Assembly (NCBI GenBank): GCA_951406725.2
Contig: OX597829.1
Span: 50,530,001 to 50,594,000, forward strand
Length of the DNA: 64,000 nucleotides
Origin: Octopus vulgaris
Taxonomy: Eukaryota
Reading direction: 5' to 3'
Below, piece after piece: positions 1 through 13,015 of this stretch. Within the stretch, counting starts at the first letter, position 1; every line of letters begins with the position of its first letter. The notes below the pieces were generated by a model that searched no databases, was not told the DNA's origin, and saw only the letters and a list, made by a program, of their open reading frames with translations. The position numbers and the translations under genes are program-made.

Positions 1-160
1 ATACACATGACAAGCTTCTTTCAGTTTCTGTCTACCAAATGCACTCACAAGGCTTTGGTTGACCCAAGGCTTTAGTAGAAGACACTTGCCCAAGGTGCCA
101 TTCAACGGAACTAATCCCAGAACTATGTGGTTGGGAAGAAAGCTTCTTAACACACAACCA
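1..160 (-). mobile_element. tRNA-related SINE (most abundant family in the window), partial copy
   Basis: Same sequence (ctaccaaat.cactcacaaggctttgg...gtagaagacacttgcccaagg...aaccatgtggttg) recurs at ~14275-14430, 19605-19770, 31345-31510, 44020-44175 and in + orientation at 62509-62910. Confidence 0.85.
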
Positions 161-2231
161 TGTTTTATTTCATCTTTGTTTATATAATTTCATGAGCACA
201 ATACAAACAATTTTTATTATTATATGCCCTGATGCAGTACCAGGCAGTGGATCTTGTGGCTTCTGATCTTAACTCATTGGAAGTGTTGTCATGTACATTG
301 TTTTGTCTTGGTATAAACTATGGGCTACAGCAAATATTCTGCTCAGTACCACAGATTTGCTTATCAGTTGTTTGACCGTTAGTAGCTGACGATATGTGCA
401 TCTCTGATCATGAGCAGAAGGAGTGGGGGAGCATCATAGCCATGTATTGAGAGGGATTCTTTGGGGCTTGAATAATTCACCTTTGGAAACATGGGTGTTG
501 TGTTCATCATCCTTAAAACAACCCTTATTCAGAGACCTGAAGAAAATTCTAACTGGGCCCCGCTTGCAAGGTCATGTACTGTTTATCTTGATATGAGATC
601 TCTATGTCGCGCACATATGGTTGTGATGCATGTACCTTTATCAGACGGGTAGTCATGATGGGTAAATATTAGGTTTCATATATTTGTACCCCAGTATCAA
701 TATTATTATTATTATTTTAATTTTGTTTCTAATTAGTGACTTTGACATTTCTATTTCTCAATTAATAGGCTTATGCCCTTTGAAGTGACCACAAAGTTAA
801 ACAAGTTCTTTGGTGTTTCAACAGCAATGGAAAAATGCAAGAAACTTGGAAATTCTACATCAAGCTGACTGAAAGCTAAATGTAATACTTGTTTTTTAAT
901 GATTTACTATTCTTTAATACATTTTTTTAATCTTTTACATTTTATGGAAATCCCTTTCATTCTTGCCCCTTTAACCCACATCTCTCTGAAAGTATATTCT
1001 TAAAGTTTTTTTAAGAAATTGTTGATTTTTTTTCTTTGACTTTTCTTTATATATTTTCCAAACTTTGAGTATCATTATACTTTATTTTGTAATTTGACAT
1101 AAATAATTTAATAAATGAATAATCATTTTTATATTATACCCATTAAGGCCTGAAATTTTGACGGAGCTAGCTGATTACCTTCACCCCAGTTATCAACTGG
1201 TACTTATTTTGTTGACCCCTTCTTCCTCCCAAAATGGTAAAAGGCAAAGTCGACCACAGTAGAATTTGAACTCAAAATGTAAAGCCATAAGAAACACCTC
1301 TAAGAAAGTTGTCCAACTTGCTAAAAATTCTGCCAATGCATTGTCTTAATAATAATAATAATAATAATAAAATACTTTCACAAAATACTTTCTATGTAAT
1401 CTCAAGTTTTAAAACAAACATAATTTTCGTATGGTTTTTTTTAGACATTCACTAGTACAACACTAAATACAAAACCAAATATATGGCACACTAGGCATAA
1501 CATCACGAACTTCCAACCTGTTGTCTCTTGAGGTCTCTGGGTGAGACTTGGAGCCAACTTGTACAAATATAAAGCAAAAGTCAAACATAGAATAATAATA
1601 ATAATAAGATATTAGCCATGAATCCCTTAGTAGTTCCAGTTGTTATTTATAGTCTGAATGTGTTGAAATGGAATATGAGTGAAATAAGGAAGATTAATTG
1701 GAAAATCTGTAACCTGCTGACTTGCAATAAGATGCACCACCCAAAGGTAGATGCAGAAAGTCTTTACCTTCTTAGAGCCCAAGGAGGTTGAGGCATGATC
1801 CAATTTGAAATCCCTTACAAGACCACTACAATTAGACTGGCCAAATATCCTGAAACATCTAATGGCTGGATGCCAAAACTCATTAAAAACCATGAGAGAT
1901 GTAAGAAGCTTTGTTTTTGTTATGAAGGAGAGCAAAAAAATCTGTTATTGAGTTCATCCTTAATACCCAGGTTGAACAGCGTGATGGAAGTGTGGCAACT
2001 GTTGTTGCAGAGAAGGTGAAATGAATGGCAAAGCAAGAAGCATTTAAACAATTGACTGATAGATTGGAACAAAAACCTCTGCATGGCAAATATGTGGTCC
2101 GTAGCAAACAAGCTAATGTAGACCAGAAGCACATCCATCAGTGGCTACAGAGCTCAGGTTTTAAAGCAGAGAGCAAAGGCATTATTTTAGTCACTCAAGA
2201 TCAGAGCTTATTGACCCAGAACTACCAAACT

Positions 2232-2670
2232 AATCATCATCATCATCATCATCATCATTTAACGTCCACTTTCCATGCTAGCATGGGTTGGACGATTTGA
2301 CAGAGGACTGGCAAACCAGATGGTTGCACCAGGCTCCAATCTTGATCTGGCAGAGTTTCTACAGCTGGGTGCCCTTCCTAACGCCAACCACTCCAAGAGT
2401 GTAGTGGATGCTTTTACATGCCACCAGCACGAGGGCCAGTCAGGCGGTACTGGCAATGGCCATGCTCAAATGGTGTTTTTACAGCTGGATGCCCTTCCTA
2501 ACGCCAACCACTCCGAGAGTGTAGTTGGTGCTTTTACGTGCCACTGGCACGAGGGCCAGTCAGGCGGTACTGGCAACGGCCACGCTCAAATGGTGTTTTT
2601 TTATGTGCCACCTGCACAGGAGCCAGTCCAGTGGCACTGGCAACGACCACGCTGGAATGTTTTTTCACAT
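2232..2670 (-). mobile_element. SINE with (CAT)n tail and an internal duplicated segment, inserted in the R4-like LINE
   Basis: catcat...ttaacgtccactttccatgctagcatgggttggacg...; same family at 20830-21045, 33160-33335, 35200-35465, 58420-58720. Confidence 0.8.
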
Positions 2671-3019
2671 GCTACTGGCACAATATGATGAAAACTGGAG
2701 TAGACCCAAAGTGCTTATATTGCAATGATGAGATTGAAACAGTGGACTACCTAATCTCTGGGTGTAAGGTTTTAGCACTTGTAGAGTATAAATCAAAACA
2801 TGACAGTGTTGGCCAATATCTACATTGAATAATAGGTCAGCATTATAAAATCAAAACTGCTGTTAAATGGTACAAGCACCATCCCCTGAGAGGGAAAATG
2901 TAACAATTCTTTGGGATTTTCCAGTACATACCAACCAGATCATCAAAGCTAATGAATTATATACTGGTGTGAAAGACCAAAACAATAAAGTTTGTTTATT
3001 GATTGACATGAGAATACCT

Positions 3020-3245
3020 ATTTCTTTATTACCCACAAGGGGTTAAACACAGAGGGGACAAACAAGGACAGACATAGGTATTAAGTCGATTACATCAACA
3101 CTAGTGCGTAACTGGTACTTAATTTATCGACCCCGAAAGGATGAAAGGCAAAGTCAACCTCGGTGGAATTTGAACTCACAACGTAACGACAGACGAAATA
3201 CCGCTAAGCATTTCGCCCGGCGTGCTAACGTTTCTGCCAGTTCGC
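3020..3245 (-). mobile_element. SINE (ggcgagctggcagaaacgttagc family) with 13-bp target-site duplication
   Basis: TSD catgagaatacct at 3007-3019 and 3246-3258; many related copies (4200-4990, 13600-14080, 28830-29820, 38050-38660, 44805-45037). Confidence 0.9.
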
Positions 3246-3756
3246 CATGAGAATACCTTGTGATCATAATATCTCGGCAAAAGAATTTGATAAGCTCAGA
3301 AACTTTAAAGATTTGCTGTTTGAAATCAGAAAGATGTGACATCTCAAGACAGTTACAATACCAATGGTTTTAGGAGAACTTGGAATGATCAAAAAAAAGG
3401 AACTGAAAATTATTTGAGGATGGTCCCTGGCTTACCATTCCTACAGTAAGTGCAAAAGATTGGCTTAACTGGTACGTCATATGTATTACAAAGAGCATTT
3501 TACTATGAATTTCCTTTCCTTTTCCCCTCTTTATTTTCTTTGTTTACATTTTTTCATTTTTCTCTCTGTCTTTCTTCCCCTTCTTTTCTATCACATGACT
3601 TTGTAAATGAATGTTCTGGTGTCTTTATATTAACGGCCTACTAATGTATACAGTTAGTTTCTTTGCCCTAGCTGTTGGGAAGACACTTGGCAAGAAATGA
3701 AAACAAAATTGAAAGAAGATAACAGTAATGATGATAATAATTATAATAATAATAAT

Positions 3757-4085
3757 ACAGGCAAAAAAGGTGTGTTTATTAATTGACATGAGTATTCCTT
3801 GCGATCACAATATAGCTGCAAAAGAATTTGACAAGATCAGTAAATATAAAGACTTGTTAATAGAAATTGAAAAAATGTGGCATCTCAAGGCGGCTACAGT
3901 ACCAGTGATTGTAGGATCTCTAGGAATGATAAAAAAAGGTACTGAAACCTATTTGAAAATGATACCAGGCTTACCATCCCTACAGGAAGTGCAAAAAATC
4001 GTATTAACTGGAACGGCTCATGTACTGAGAAGAGCATTATCGCTGTGAAAACAACATTCATTCATGAATTTATTTATTTATTAAA
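3757..4085 (+). mobile_element. 5'-truncated R4/Dong-like LINE 3' end, intact RLE C-terminal reading frame
   Basis: KVCLLIDMSIPCDHNIAAKEFDKISKYKDLLIEIEKMW...VPVIVGSLG...LTGTAHVLRRALSL*; begins directly after an (AAT)n tract; near-identical 3' end at 63777-63960. Confidence 0.9.
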
Positions 4086-4352
4086 TAAATTTATGCCTTA
4101 ATTATGATGATGATGGTGATGATGATGGTGGTGGTTGTGGTGGTGGTGGTGGCGGCGGTGGCAGCGGTGGTGGTGTTGTTGTTGTTGTTTCAAATTTTGG
4201 CACAAGATTAACAATTTCAGGAGAGGGAGTAAGTTAATTACATCAACTCTAGTGCTCAACTGGTTGTTATTTTATTGACCCTATAGAGATGAAAGGCAAA
4301 GTTGATCTCAGTGGAATTTGAACTCAAAACATAGGGACATATGAAATGCCAA

Positions 4353-4403
<51 letters not shown>

Positions 4404-4617
4404 TCTTTCTACTATAGGCACAAGGCCTAGAATATGAGGGGAGGGGACTAATCGATTACATCAACCCCAGTATGCAACTGATACTTAATATATCAACCCT
4501 GAAAGCCTGAAAGGCAAAGTTGAGCTCGGCAGAATTTGAACTCAGAATGTACTGACAGACAAAATACCGCTAAGCATTTCACCTGGTGTGCTAATATTTC
4601 TGCCAGTTTACCACCTT

Positions 4618-4773
<156 letters not shown>

Positions 4774-5772
4774 GATCCTTTCTACTGGAGGCACAAGGCC
4801 TCAAGTTTGTGAGAAGGGATTAAGTTGATTATATCGACCCCAGTGTGTAACTGGTACTTATTTAATCGACCCAAAAAAGGATGAAAGGCTAAGTCAACCT
4901 CAGCGGAATTTCAACTGAGAACGTAGTTAGTGGCAGACAAAATACTGCTAATCATTTCCCCCAGCATGCTAACAAGCTGCCAGCTCGCCGCCTTATTAAT
5001 GATAATAATAATAATAATAATAATAAAATAATAATTATAATTGTCTCTTTATTTAATAGATTATTGAAAGTAGAGTTATAGACTTGGCAGATGAATATGT
5101 TAAGCATATTTGCAGAGTCGTGATTCTATAGAAAATATTCATTCATACTAAGCATTAGTCTTTTTACTTTTTTTTTTAAACTTTCATTTGCGAACATGCA
5201 TGATAATCTAGATTTTTCTGAAAAATCATTTTGGTGCCAACTTTTCTTGAACAGCTCCGTAATTATTGAAAAAATCTTTTATCCATATCTTTAAAAATCT
5301 AATCGCATTTCTTCCCGGTGAAACGGGATAGGAATGTTATCGAATAATATCTGAAATTTGAATATTGGTTTGAAATCAATATCTTAACCGTATTAAATCA
5401 TTCTTGAAGATTTATTAGGAAAATGGCTGTTGTCTGACAGTTCTGTATCCAGTTACATGATTATATTTATTGATTTATGGCGGTTTACACTATGCTAGCA
5501 CATCTTCTAAGGCTTCTTCAAGTTCTCTTGGATACTGGTAAGGCCTAGCAAGAATTCATGTCAGAAAAGACCAATACGATACAGAAATAGATTTAATTCC
5601 TTGAAGTATTGAATAGTTTCATACTGTTCGGTCATGCCTTAAAGTTCAGTTGCGGTTGATACAGTAAACTACCTACTAATAATAGGTTTAGGTTGATGCA
5701 ACAAACTCTAATCCATTCACCCATCCATTTTCTCTGTTCAATTGCTTGTATGGTCACAGGTGTAGAACCCTT

Positions 5773-6510
5773 CATAGAGTTCTATCAAAAGCAACCGTCA
5801 TTAGACTTTCCTGCTGCGTTTCCAAACATTGAACAACTGAAACTATGGATATTATCCAAGCATCGTATTCTTGGTTCTATCCATAGGTCTCTTACCAGAT
5901 GTATGGATAGAATCCTCCCGCATCTCTTTCATAGGGTCCTATCAGAAGTAACCATCATTACTCTTTCCAGCTGGATTCCCAAGCATGATTCACCGAGACT
6001 ATGGAAATTATCCAATCATCTTATTCCTTGTTTATCCCTAAGTTGTGGGGCTAGAGTCCTCAGGCATTTCCTCTATAGGGTCCTATCAGAAGCAACCATC
6101 ATTAGACTTTCCATTTGGATTCCCAAGCACAACCAACTGGGACTAAGAACATCATCCAACCATTCCATTCTTGGTCTACCCCTAGGTCTCTTGCCAGACA
6201 TAAGGATAGAGTCCTCAGGCACCACCTCTTCCTCCATAGGGTCCTATCAGAAGCAATTGTCATTATACTTTCTAAATGGATTCCAAAAAATGACCGTCAA
6301 AGACTATGGATATTATCCAACCATTCCATTCTTGGTCTACCCCAAGATCTCTTGCCACACATAGGGATAGAGTCCCCAGGCACCTCCTCCTCCATAGGGT
6401 CCTATCAGAAGAAATTGTCATTACACTTTCTAAATGGATTCCCAAAGATGACCAACTTAGACTGTGGCTATTATCCAACCATATCATTCTTGGTCTACCC
6501 CAATAGGTCT
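5773..6510. repeat. Degenerate tandem repeat, about 5 units of ~146-160 bp
   Basis: Anchor catagggtcctatcagaag(c/t)aa recurs near 5773, 5929, 6075, 6235 and 6393. Confidence 0.85.
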
Positions 6511-6622
6511 TAATAAGGAAATATTGCTGTTCATTCTTATTTCATCCCGTTTTTTTTTTTTCATTTTATTTTCTGTGTACAGATGGATAATTAATAACTT
6601 TGTAAAACTTAAGTTTAGCTTA

Positions 6623-6660
<38 letters not shown>

Positions 6661-6927
6661 GTCCAGATTGGAGACAGTAGAGGAAAGAAAAGTGACATGA
6701 TGTGAACACTACAAGAAAACATCAACACAAAATCTCATTTATCTACAAACAACAACAGAAATAACCTATCAGAAATGGCAAGGAAATGAGCCCTGTGAAT
6801 TAATCTAAAATTAACTGTACCCTAAGTCCTGCTTTGTTAATTAAAAACAAGTATTTAATATTTCAAACATTTATTTAGTGTATTTCCAGAAAACACTTTT
6901 TTTTTTTTTTTTTTTTTTTGCTACCTC

Positions 6928-7593
6928 TTAATCCATTAGCATTTAAACTGGGTATATCCAGCTAAGATATTCAACCTTTTTTATGTTCAAACTGGCCAGA
7001 TCTGGTTTCTCACACCAACCCAACAACATCATTCTAAAAATAAAAAAAATTACATCATTGAAATCTCAAAGCTCCAGAATTATGCAAAATTAATTCAAAA
7101 CAATTTGATTGAATAAGCATTACATTTTAATGCTAAGGGATTAAAGCAAACCATTCAAATCTGATTGTCAATTACCATCAGAAGAATAACTATCACTTAA
7201 CTCTTTACCATTTAAACCTGCCATATATCTGGCCCAAATATTTTACCTGTTTTAGATTCAAATTGGCCAGATCCAGTCTTTGACACCTACCCTAAAATGT
7301 CATTCTAAAACTAGGCAATCACACCATTGAAATCTCAAAGCTATGAAATATTATATGATTACTTCAAAACAATATGAATGAAATGGTAATTACATTTGAG
7401 AGAGTAACCTGAATACTAAAGGATTAAACCAGCCATATCTGACATCTCATCCCTACCCTACAATGTCATTCCAAAAATAAACAATCACATCATCAAAATC
7501 TCAAAGCTATTAGATAATGTGTAATTATTTCAAAACAATATGAATGAAAAGGTAATTACATTTGACAGAGTAACCTGAATGCTAAATGATTAA
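6928..7593. mobile_element. Cluster of TTAA-flanked (piggyBac-type) MITE copies: 6928-7144, 7197-7427 and a partial copy to 7593
   Basis: Ends ttaa(c)cc(t)ttagcatt ... aatgctaaagg(g)ttaa; same family at ~16417-16630, 20630-20810, 21050-21250, 22760-22985. Confidence 0.75.
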
Positions 7594-9932
7594 AGTCTTG
7601 TTGTTTTTAGTAGTTTCTTTTTGCCAACCCAATGTATCTTATTAGTTGTCATTATTGTTCTTCCCTAAATCAACTTCACTTGAGTAGACTGACCGTTATG
7701 ATCAAAGACATTCAAATGAGCAATATCTAAGTATTTTCAGGAGATTTCAAGATTACATTATCCTATATGTTCTTCCCTGTTTTCAAGACTGCAAACAAGG
7801 TGGGTTTTTCCAGGTTGGTTTGGCTGCTATTTTCTAGCAGGTTAGATAACTGTAGCTAACTGTATACAGTAACAAATGTTTCATTTCTAGAAAACTACTT
7901 GCCATAATACAGAGAGTTAAAAGCGGAATTGATAATTAGCAACCGGTTAAGATCTTAATATAATTTTAGATCTGCGACATGCCATATTTCTTCAATGCAA
8001 ATTTGACAACATTAACACTTGCTGTGATATAATGTCAGTCCATTAATAGATCGTGTGTTTTTTTTTTTTTTGCAGATGCAGTTTCACAGACACATCAAAG
8101 TAACTGAAGTAACAGTTGATTTTGTACTTGCAATTTTGAAAATATTTTTTGTAAATACGTTTTGATTTTTTTTCTTTTTTCAAAGATTTTTTTTCTTTTC
8201 TTTTTTTAAAGGTCTTTCAAAGAGATAACTTTTGTAACTTCAAACCTTTTATCAATTAACATACATTCACTTTGATCTGCCTTTGATGTTGGAATGTTTC
8301 TTTTGAAAAATAAACGATGAGATATTCAACTGCCCTCTGACTGCATGTCAGGAAACCACTTATTTATTTATTTATTTTTGTCTTCAATGTCTTATATAAT
8401 GATTTTATTTTCATTTTTTTTTACCCATGTTCTAACTGTTTTGACCATGAACAGGCTAGGAGCATATTTGGAATAGGTACGGTTGTATGAGCTAGAAGTT
8501 CACTTCACAAGCACAAGGTTTCAGATTCTATTCCATCGCTTGGCACCCCTAGACAAGTGTCTTCTACTATAAGACACTTGTCCTAGGGCTGACCAATGCT
8601 TTCTAAGTGAAATTGGTAAACAGGAACTGTACAATCATGTGTTTGTGTATGTGTGTGCATCATCATCATCATCAACAGCAGCAGCAACAGCAGCAATAAT
8701 CATTTAATGTCCATTTTCCATGCTAGCATAGATTGGATGATTTCATTAGATCTGATGAGCCCCGGGACTGCGTTGAGCCAATGTTAGATTTCGCATGGTT
8801 TCTACAGCTGGATCATCATCATCATTGTCGTCATCCTCATCATCGTTTAACATCTGCTTTCCATGCTGGCATGTGTTGGATGGTTTGACTTGGAGCTGGT
8901 CAGCTGGGAGCTGCCCAAACTCCAATTGTCTGTTGTGACATGGTTTCCATGCTTGGATGTCCTTCCTGGTACCAACCACTTTACAGAATGTACTGGGCAT
9001 GACTTTTTCATGGCACCAGCAGTAACGAGGTTGCCATGTAACTTGCAAAATGAGAGAAGAGAAGGAAAAAGCTCCCTTGACCAAGTGATTGAGATTATTT
9101 GAGGGGGTGGTGGATGTGGCCTTATGTGTGTGTATTTCTCTCTATTTATTTCTGCATTGACATTGCTTAGGCAGCGGTAAAGTTTGTTTATGTCCTGCAC
9201 AAACAACATGTCCAAACGTTCTGTGGCTTGACATGCAGATTTCAGTGGAATAAATCACTTCACTTGAAAACAAGTAAGAATTAGTGTCAAGAATGCTTCC
9301 AGTTAAAGAATACTCACTTAAAATGTTTCATCCAACCCATGTCAGCATGAAAAGAAAGAAGTGGTGCCATTCCATTGGTATCCACTTCTTATCAGTCCAC
9401 TACCAGATGAAAGCCTCAGCATGCTGTTGCCAATGTGTCTATGTCACCTGTATCTATGCCACCTGTCCATACTTGCTGATTGCAAGATATTGGTCAGAAT
9501 GCTCTTATAATCAGATGGCTAAGGATTAACCCCTGGCTAATCAGCGCCAATGAATAAAGACATACTGCCATGTATTTAACCCATTTATTACAGCCTTTGT
9601 TATTTCAATTAATTTTGAAGATAATGAAAAATTTAGTAAAATTATTTTATTATTATTTACCTGGTGTTTAGAAGTGAAATTTACATAAAATTTTGATGGA
9701 ATATCTTTAATTTAAATTACATTAAAACTGGAAGAACATATCATAGAACTTGGGGCAATCTTAGATAGATTGGTATCAAAACATTTAATTCACTTGTTCA
9801 CAGAATTATGATTGCCCTGAAACAACAACTACTACTACTACTACTACTACTATCACCACCACCACCACCACCACCACCGCCGCTGCTGCTGCTGTTGTAT
9901 ATTCCTGGATCATTTCTGATAAATCTTTTGCC

Positions 9933-10138
9933 TTAACCCTTTTGTTGCCATATTTCTGTTGAGATGCTCTGTTTTTGTTTCAATTAATTTTAAATATAAC
10001 GAAGAATTTAGTAAAATAACTTGGTTATCATTCAGCTAGTGTTAGGAACATAAATTTTAATTCAAAACTTTTGATAACAAGACATTTGTACTACAAAGCC
10101 AGAGGCGGTTTCAGGTGAGATGGCATCAAAAGGATTAA
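9933..10138. mobile_element. TTAA-flanked MITE, second family
   Basis: ttaacccttttgttgcc ... ggcatcaaaaggattaa; related copies at ~9576-9790 and 37791-38019. Confidence 0.75.
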
Positions 10139-11439
10139 GGTAAAAAACAAAGACAAAAATTTCGTTACTTTCTGAATCACAATGATTATATTTTTGGTTT
10201 ACTGCATTGTTAAGTATGCAGGTGAGTGAGAAGTCATCCTCAAAACAGGGTACTGGTTATATCACATGTATCTTTGAACTTAGCTCTGAAAGTCCATGAA
10301 AAATTCATCACTTCTGTAATGGTATTGTTAAGGTGGAGTCAGTGGTCACCAGTGTAACGGTTGTTGTTGTTGTTGCAGATGTGCAAAATGAATGAAAAAC
10401 AGTGATCAAAGTTGTAAAGGAATATTTACTTACAGTTACTTAATATAATACCATACCTTGACGGGCAGGTGTGATATAATTGAAAGAGCATGTAAGGTTA
10501 AGAAAGTTAAGTTCGGTCTGTATGTGAATGCATGTTCTTATTGTAGAAGCAAACCATAGACAGTGATAGAATGATGTTGTAAGAGAAAAGAAAGTGAGCT
10601 AGTGGAAGTTATGGATTCAAGGGAAGTTGTGTCTCATAATTTGCTGATTGTAACCTTCTTTCTCCTTCTAGCTGTTTTTAATGGCTGCCTGCTCGTGGCC
10701 ATGATTCTAGTCGTCTCGGTTCACTAACTCTTGCTTGGGAATCGTCTGCATATATAACTATTGCAAAACAGTGAGAAAGAGAGACATATTGTTGAGAACA
10801 ATGGATTTCGTTGGGGGTCTGTTATCTCAATTCTAACTTTTCATGGCCTAGAAGAGGTTAGAAGGGTCAACTGGCAAAGACATTATTCTGATTAGCAAAG
10901 GCATCTGGTAAATGTAACTGCTGTCACTCACCGGAAAAATATTGTTTTACCATGAGAAAAGTGCTGTTGAACTGTTAAGTAAAATTTGGCAATCAAGGAT
11001 TGAATCCACACCATGTCTGCATGAAGCCACTACACTTCTATCATTCTTAATATTTACAATGAAGAATCATATAAACCACTGTATGGTACCTACAGGGTAC
11101 AAGGTAGATTTTAATCTCCATAAGATATGTTTCATGGCCATAGACCCATTACAGTGAGAGTTACAGGATACAAATCCTTTTGCTTTAATATCTACTGAAC
11201 CATCCAATTTGATATGCTCCTCTTTAGGTATAGAAAACTGAGGAGAATTTAACAATTACAAGGTGTAGCTTTGTAAGATTGCTTCCAGCCACATGGGTCT
11301 TGGTTCAAAACTATTGTGTGGCACCTTGGGCAAAGTGTCTTCTATTATAACCATAGGTTGACCAATGCCTTGTGGGTGGATTTGGAAGATGAAAACTGAA
11401 AGAATCACATCATGTATGACCTCATGTGTACCGATGGCG

Positions 11440-11620
11440 ATTTTTTTCCTCTGTCTTCCCTTCTCTGGATCTTTCCTTCTCCTATGTTTCCAACGAAGAG
11501 CTCCACTCGAAACATTAAACCCTCCTTCTTCCCTTCTTTCTTGAGCATCCAATAATACTATATTTGTTCCACGTCCTTGCGGTGTGCTTTTTTTTGTGTT
11601 TTCTTGTTTGGATTAACTAT
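11440..11620 (+). mobile_element. Short non-coding repeat with a degenerate minimal hammerhead-like fold, ending in (TA)n
   Basis: 11486-11520: gttt-CCAACGA-a-gagc tcc actc-GAAA-catt-aaac; core has two mismatches to CTGANGA. Confidence 0.5.
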
Positions 11621-11867
11621 ATATATATATATATGTGTGTGTATAGGGAAAGAAAGGAGACAGAGAGAAAGAGAGAGAGGCAATTATTCAAATAAACAAA
11701 TTAGAATCATTAAAGATATTAAATATAACAGTTTGGGTAAGGAATTCTAAATATGTATATATAGGTATACATGCAAAACGAGAGAAAGCAAAAAGTGGAG
11801 ATTTTTAGCGATGAATTTTTAAGTATAAATATATAGATAATTATATTAATAGATCCCTTTTACACAG

Positions 11868-12212
11868 AGTACAAATGAAAGAGAAAATTAAAGGAGTGGA
11901 AGAAAGGTGTTATAAGTCCAAGTGCTGTTTCTGATGACTCCGAGATCCATAATAATGTTGGTTGATGTAGATCACCACAATACGCAGACGTGTGGATGCA
12001 ATTAACATTGGATAAGATGAGTCCCCATCATCAGGGAGAGAAGATCTTACATTTCAGATCTTCTCTGCCCTGATACCAGAAGCTGATCTTATCCAATGTT
12101 AATTGCATCCATATGGCTGCATATTGTGATGATCTACATCTACCAATATTATGATGGATCCCCAAGACCCCACAAACAGCTGTCCACCCCTTTAATTTTC
12201 TCTGTCATTTGT
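11868..12212. repeat. Imperfect palindrome (~345 bp) made of two head-to-head copies of a Penelope-type 3' end
   Basis: ggatgcaattaacattggataagat vs atcttatccaatgttaattgcatcc; centre agaagatct-tacatttc-agatcttct; outer gagaaaattaaaggagtgga vs tccacccctttaattttctc. Confidence 0.85.
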
Positions 12213-12249
12213 GAAATTTGTATTTTTGTGATCACGTGCATGCTGTAGT

Positions 12250-13015
12250 CTGTGATTTTTTGTCCTGGACAGGAACAAAGAGCCAACATGAAATTTTGTA
12301 TTAAACTTGGGAAGTTTTCTACAGAGACATTGAGCAGGTTTCAGCAAACTTGCAGTGATGAGGCAATGGGTTGTATGCTGTATTTTGAGTGGCACAGGTG
12401 CTTCAAAGGCAGAAGAACATCCCTGGAAATTGATGAGAGTTCAATGAGTGATACGGTCTTTCATTCAAGACCTGCCACAAGTGTCACCCCCAGAATTGTG
12501 GTATTGTGCATCGAGAATTTGTCCCCCATGGCCAGATCATCAATCAAGTGTTCTATTGTAACGTTTTGAAGTGTCTGAAGGAGAAGATTCAGCGAAAGTT
12601 ACCAGATCTGTGGAGCATGAAGAATTGGATCCTTCACAACAACAATGCACCCTGTCACCGAGCTCTCTCCACTTGTGAGTTTCTCACCAAAGAACAACAT
12701 GGTATCACTTCTACAATTGCCCTATTCACCAGATTTAGACCCCGTGGATTCGCATTTCTTTCTCAAGATCAAAATACAGCTCAAAGGTCACTGTCTTAGC
12801 ACTGTTGTTGAGATCAAGAGCGAATCACAGAAAGTCTTTGACTTGTTTAAGGAAAATAACTTCCAGGCCAGATTCCAAAAGTGGCAGGAACCTTAGGACA
12901 GGTGTATTGCTCTGCAAGGTGACTATTTCAAAGATGATGATGCTAAAACTTTGGTAAATAAGTTATTTTTTTTTATTAAACATAACTAGTCCAGAAACTG
13001 TTTGATACCACCTTG
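12250..13015 (+). mobile_element. Internally deleted Tc1/mariner (mariner) transposase relic with 3' TIR
   Basis: EQRANMKFCIKLGK (N-terminal HTH), WILHNNNAPCH (HHDNA motif), LPYSPDLDPVD (YSPDLAP motif), FQKWQE; ends gaaactgtttgataccaccttg followed by TA. Confidence 0.9.

Larger units (their letters stand above)
1740..3710 (+). mobile_element. Decayed R4/Dong-clade non-LTR retrotransposon, 3' part (CCHC + restriction-like endonuclease), interrupted by two SINEs
   Basis: Motifs HGKY..., WLQSSGFKAESKG...QDQSL, KCLYCNDEIETVDYLISGC, ILWDFPV, CLLIDM; stops and frameshifts present. Confidence 0.85.

Noticed and set aside
8060-8105. Possible small exon after a poly-T/GCAG acceptor
   Set aside because: No recognisable coding content and no link to the SDR gene
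10353-10770. Possible solo LTR (TGT...ACA); similar impression at ~18767-19175
   Set aside because: No TSD and no second copy in the window, so it cannot be supported
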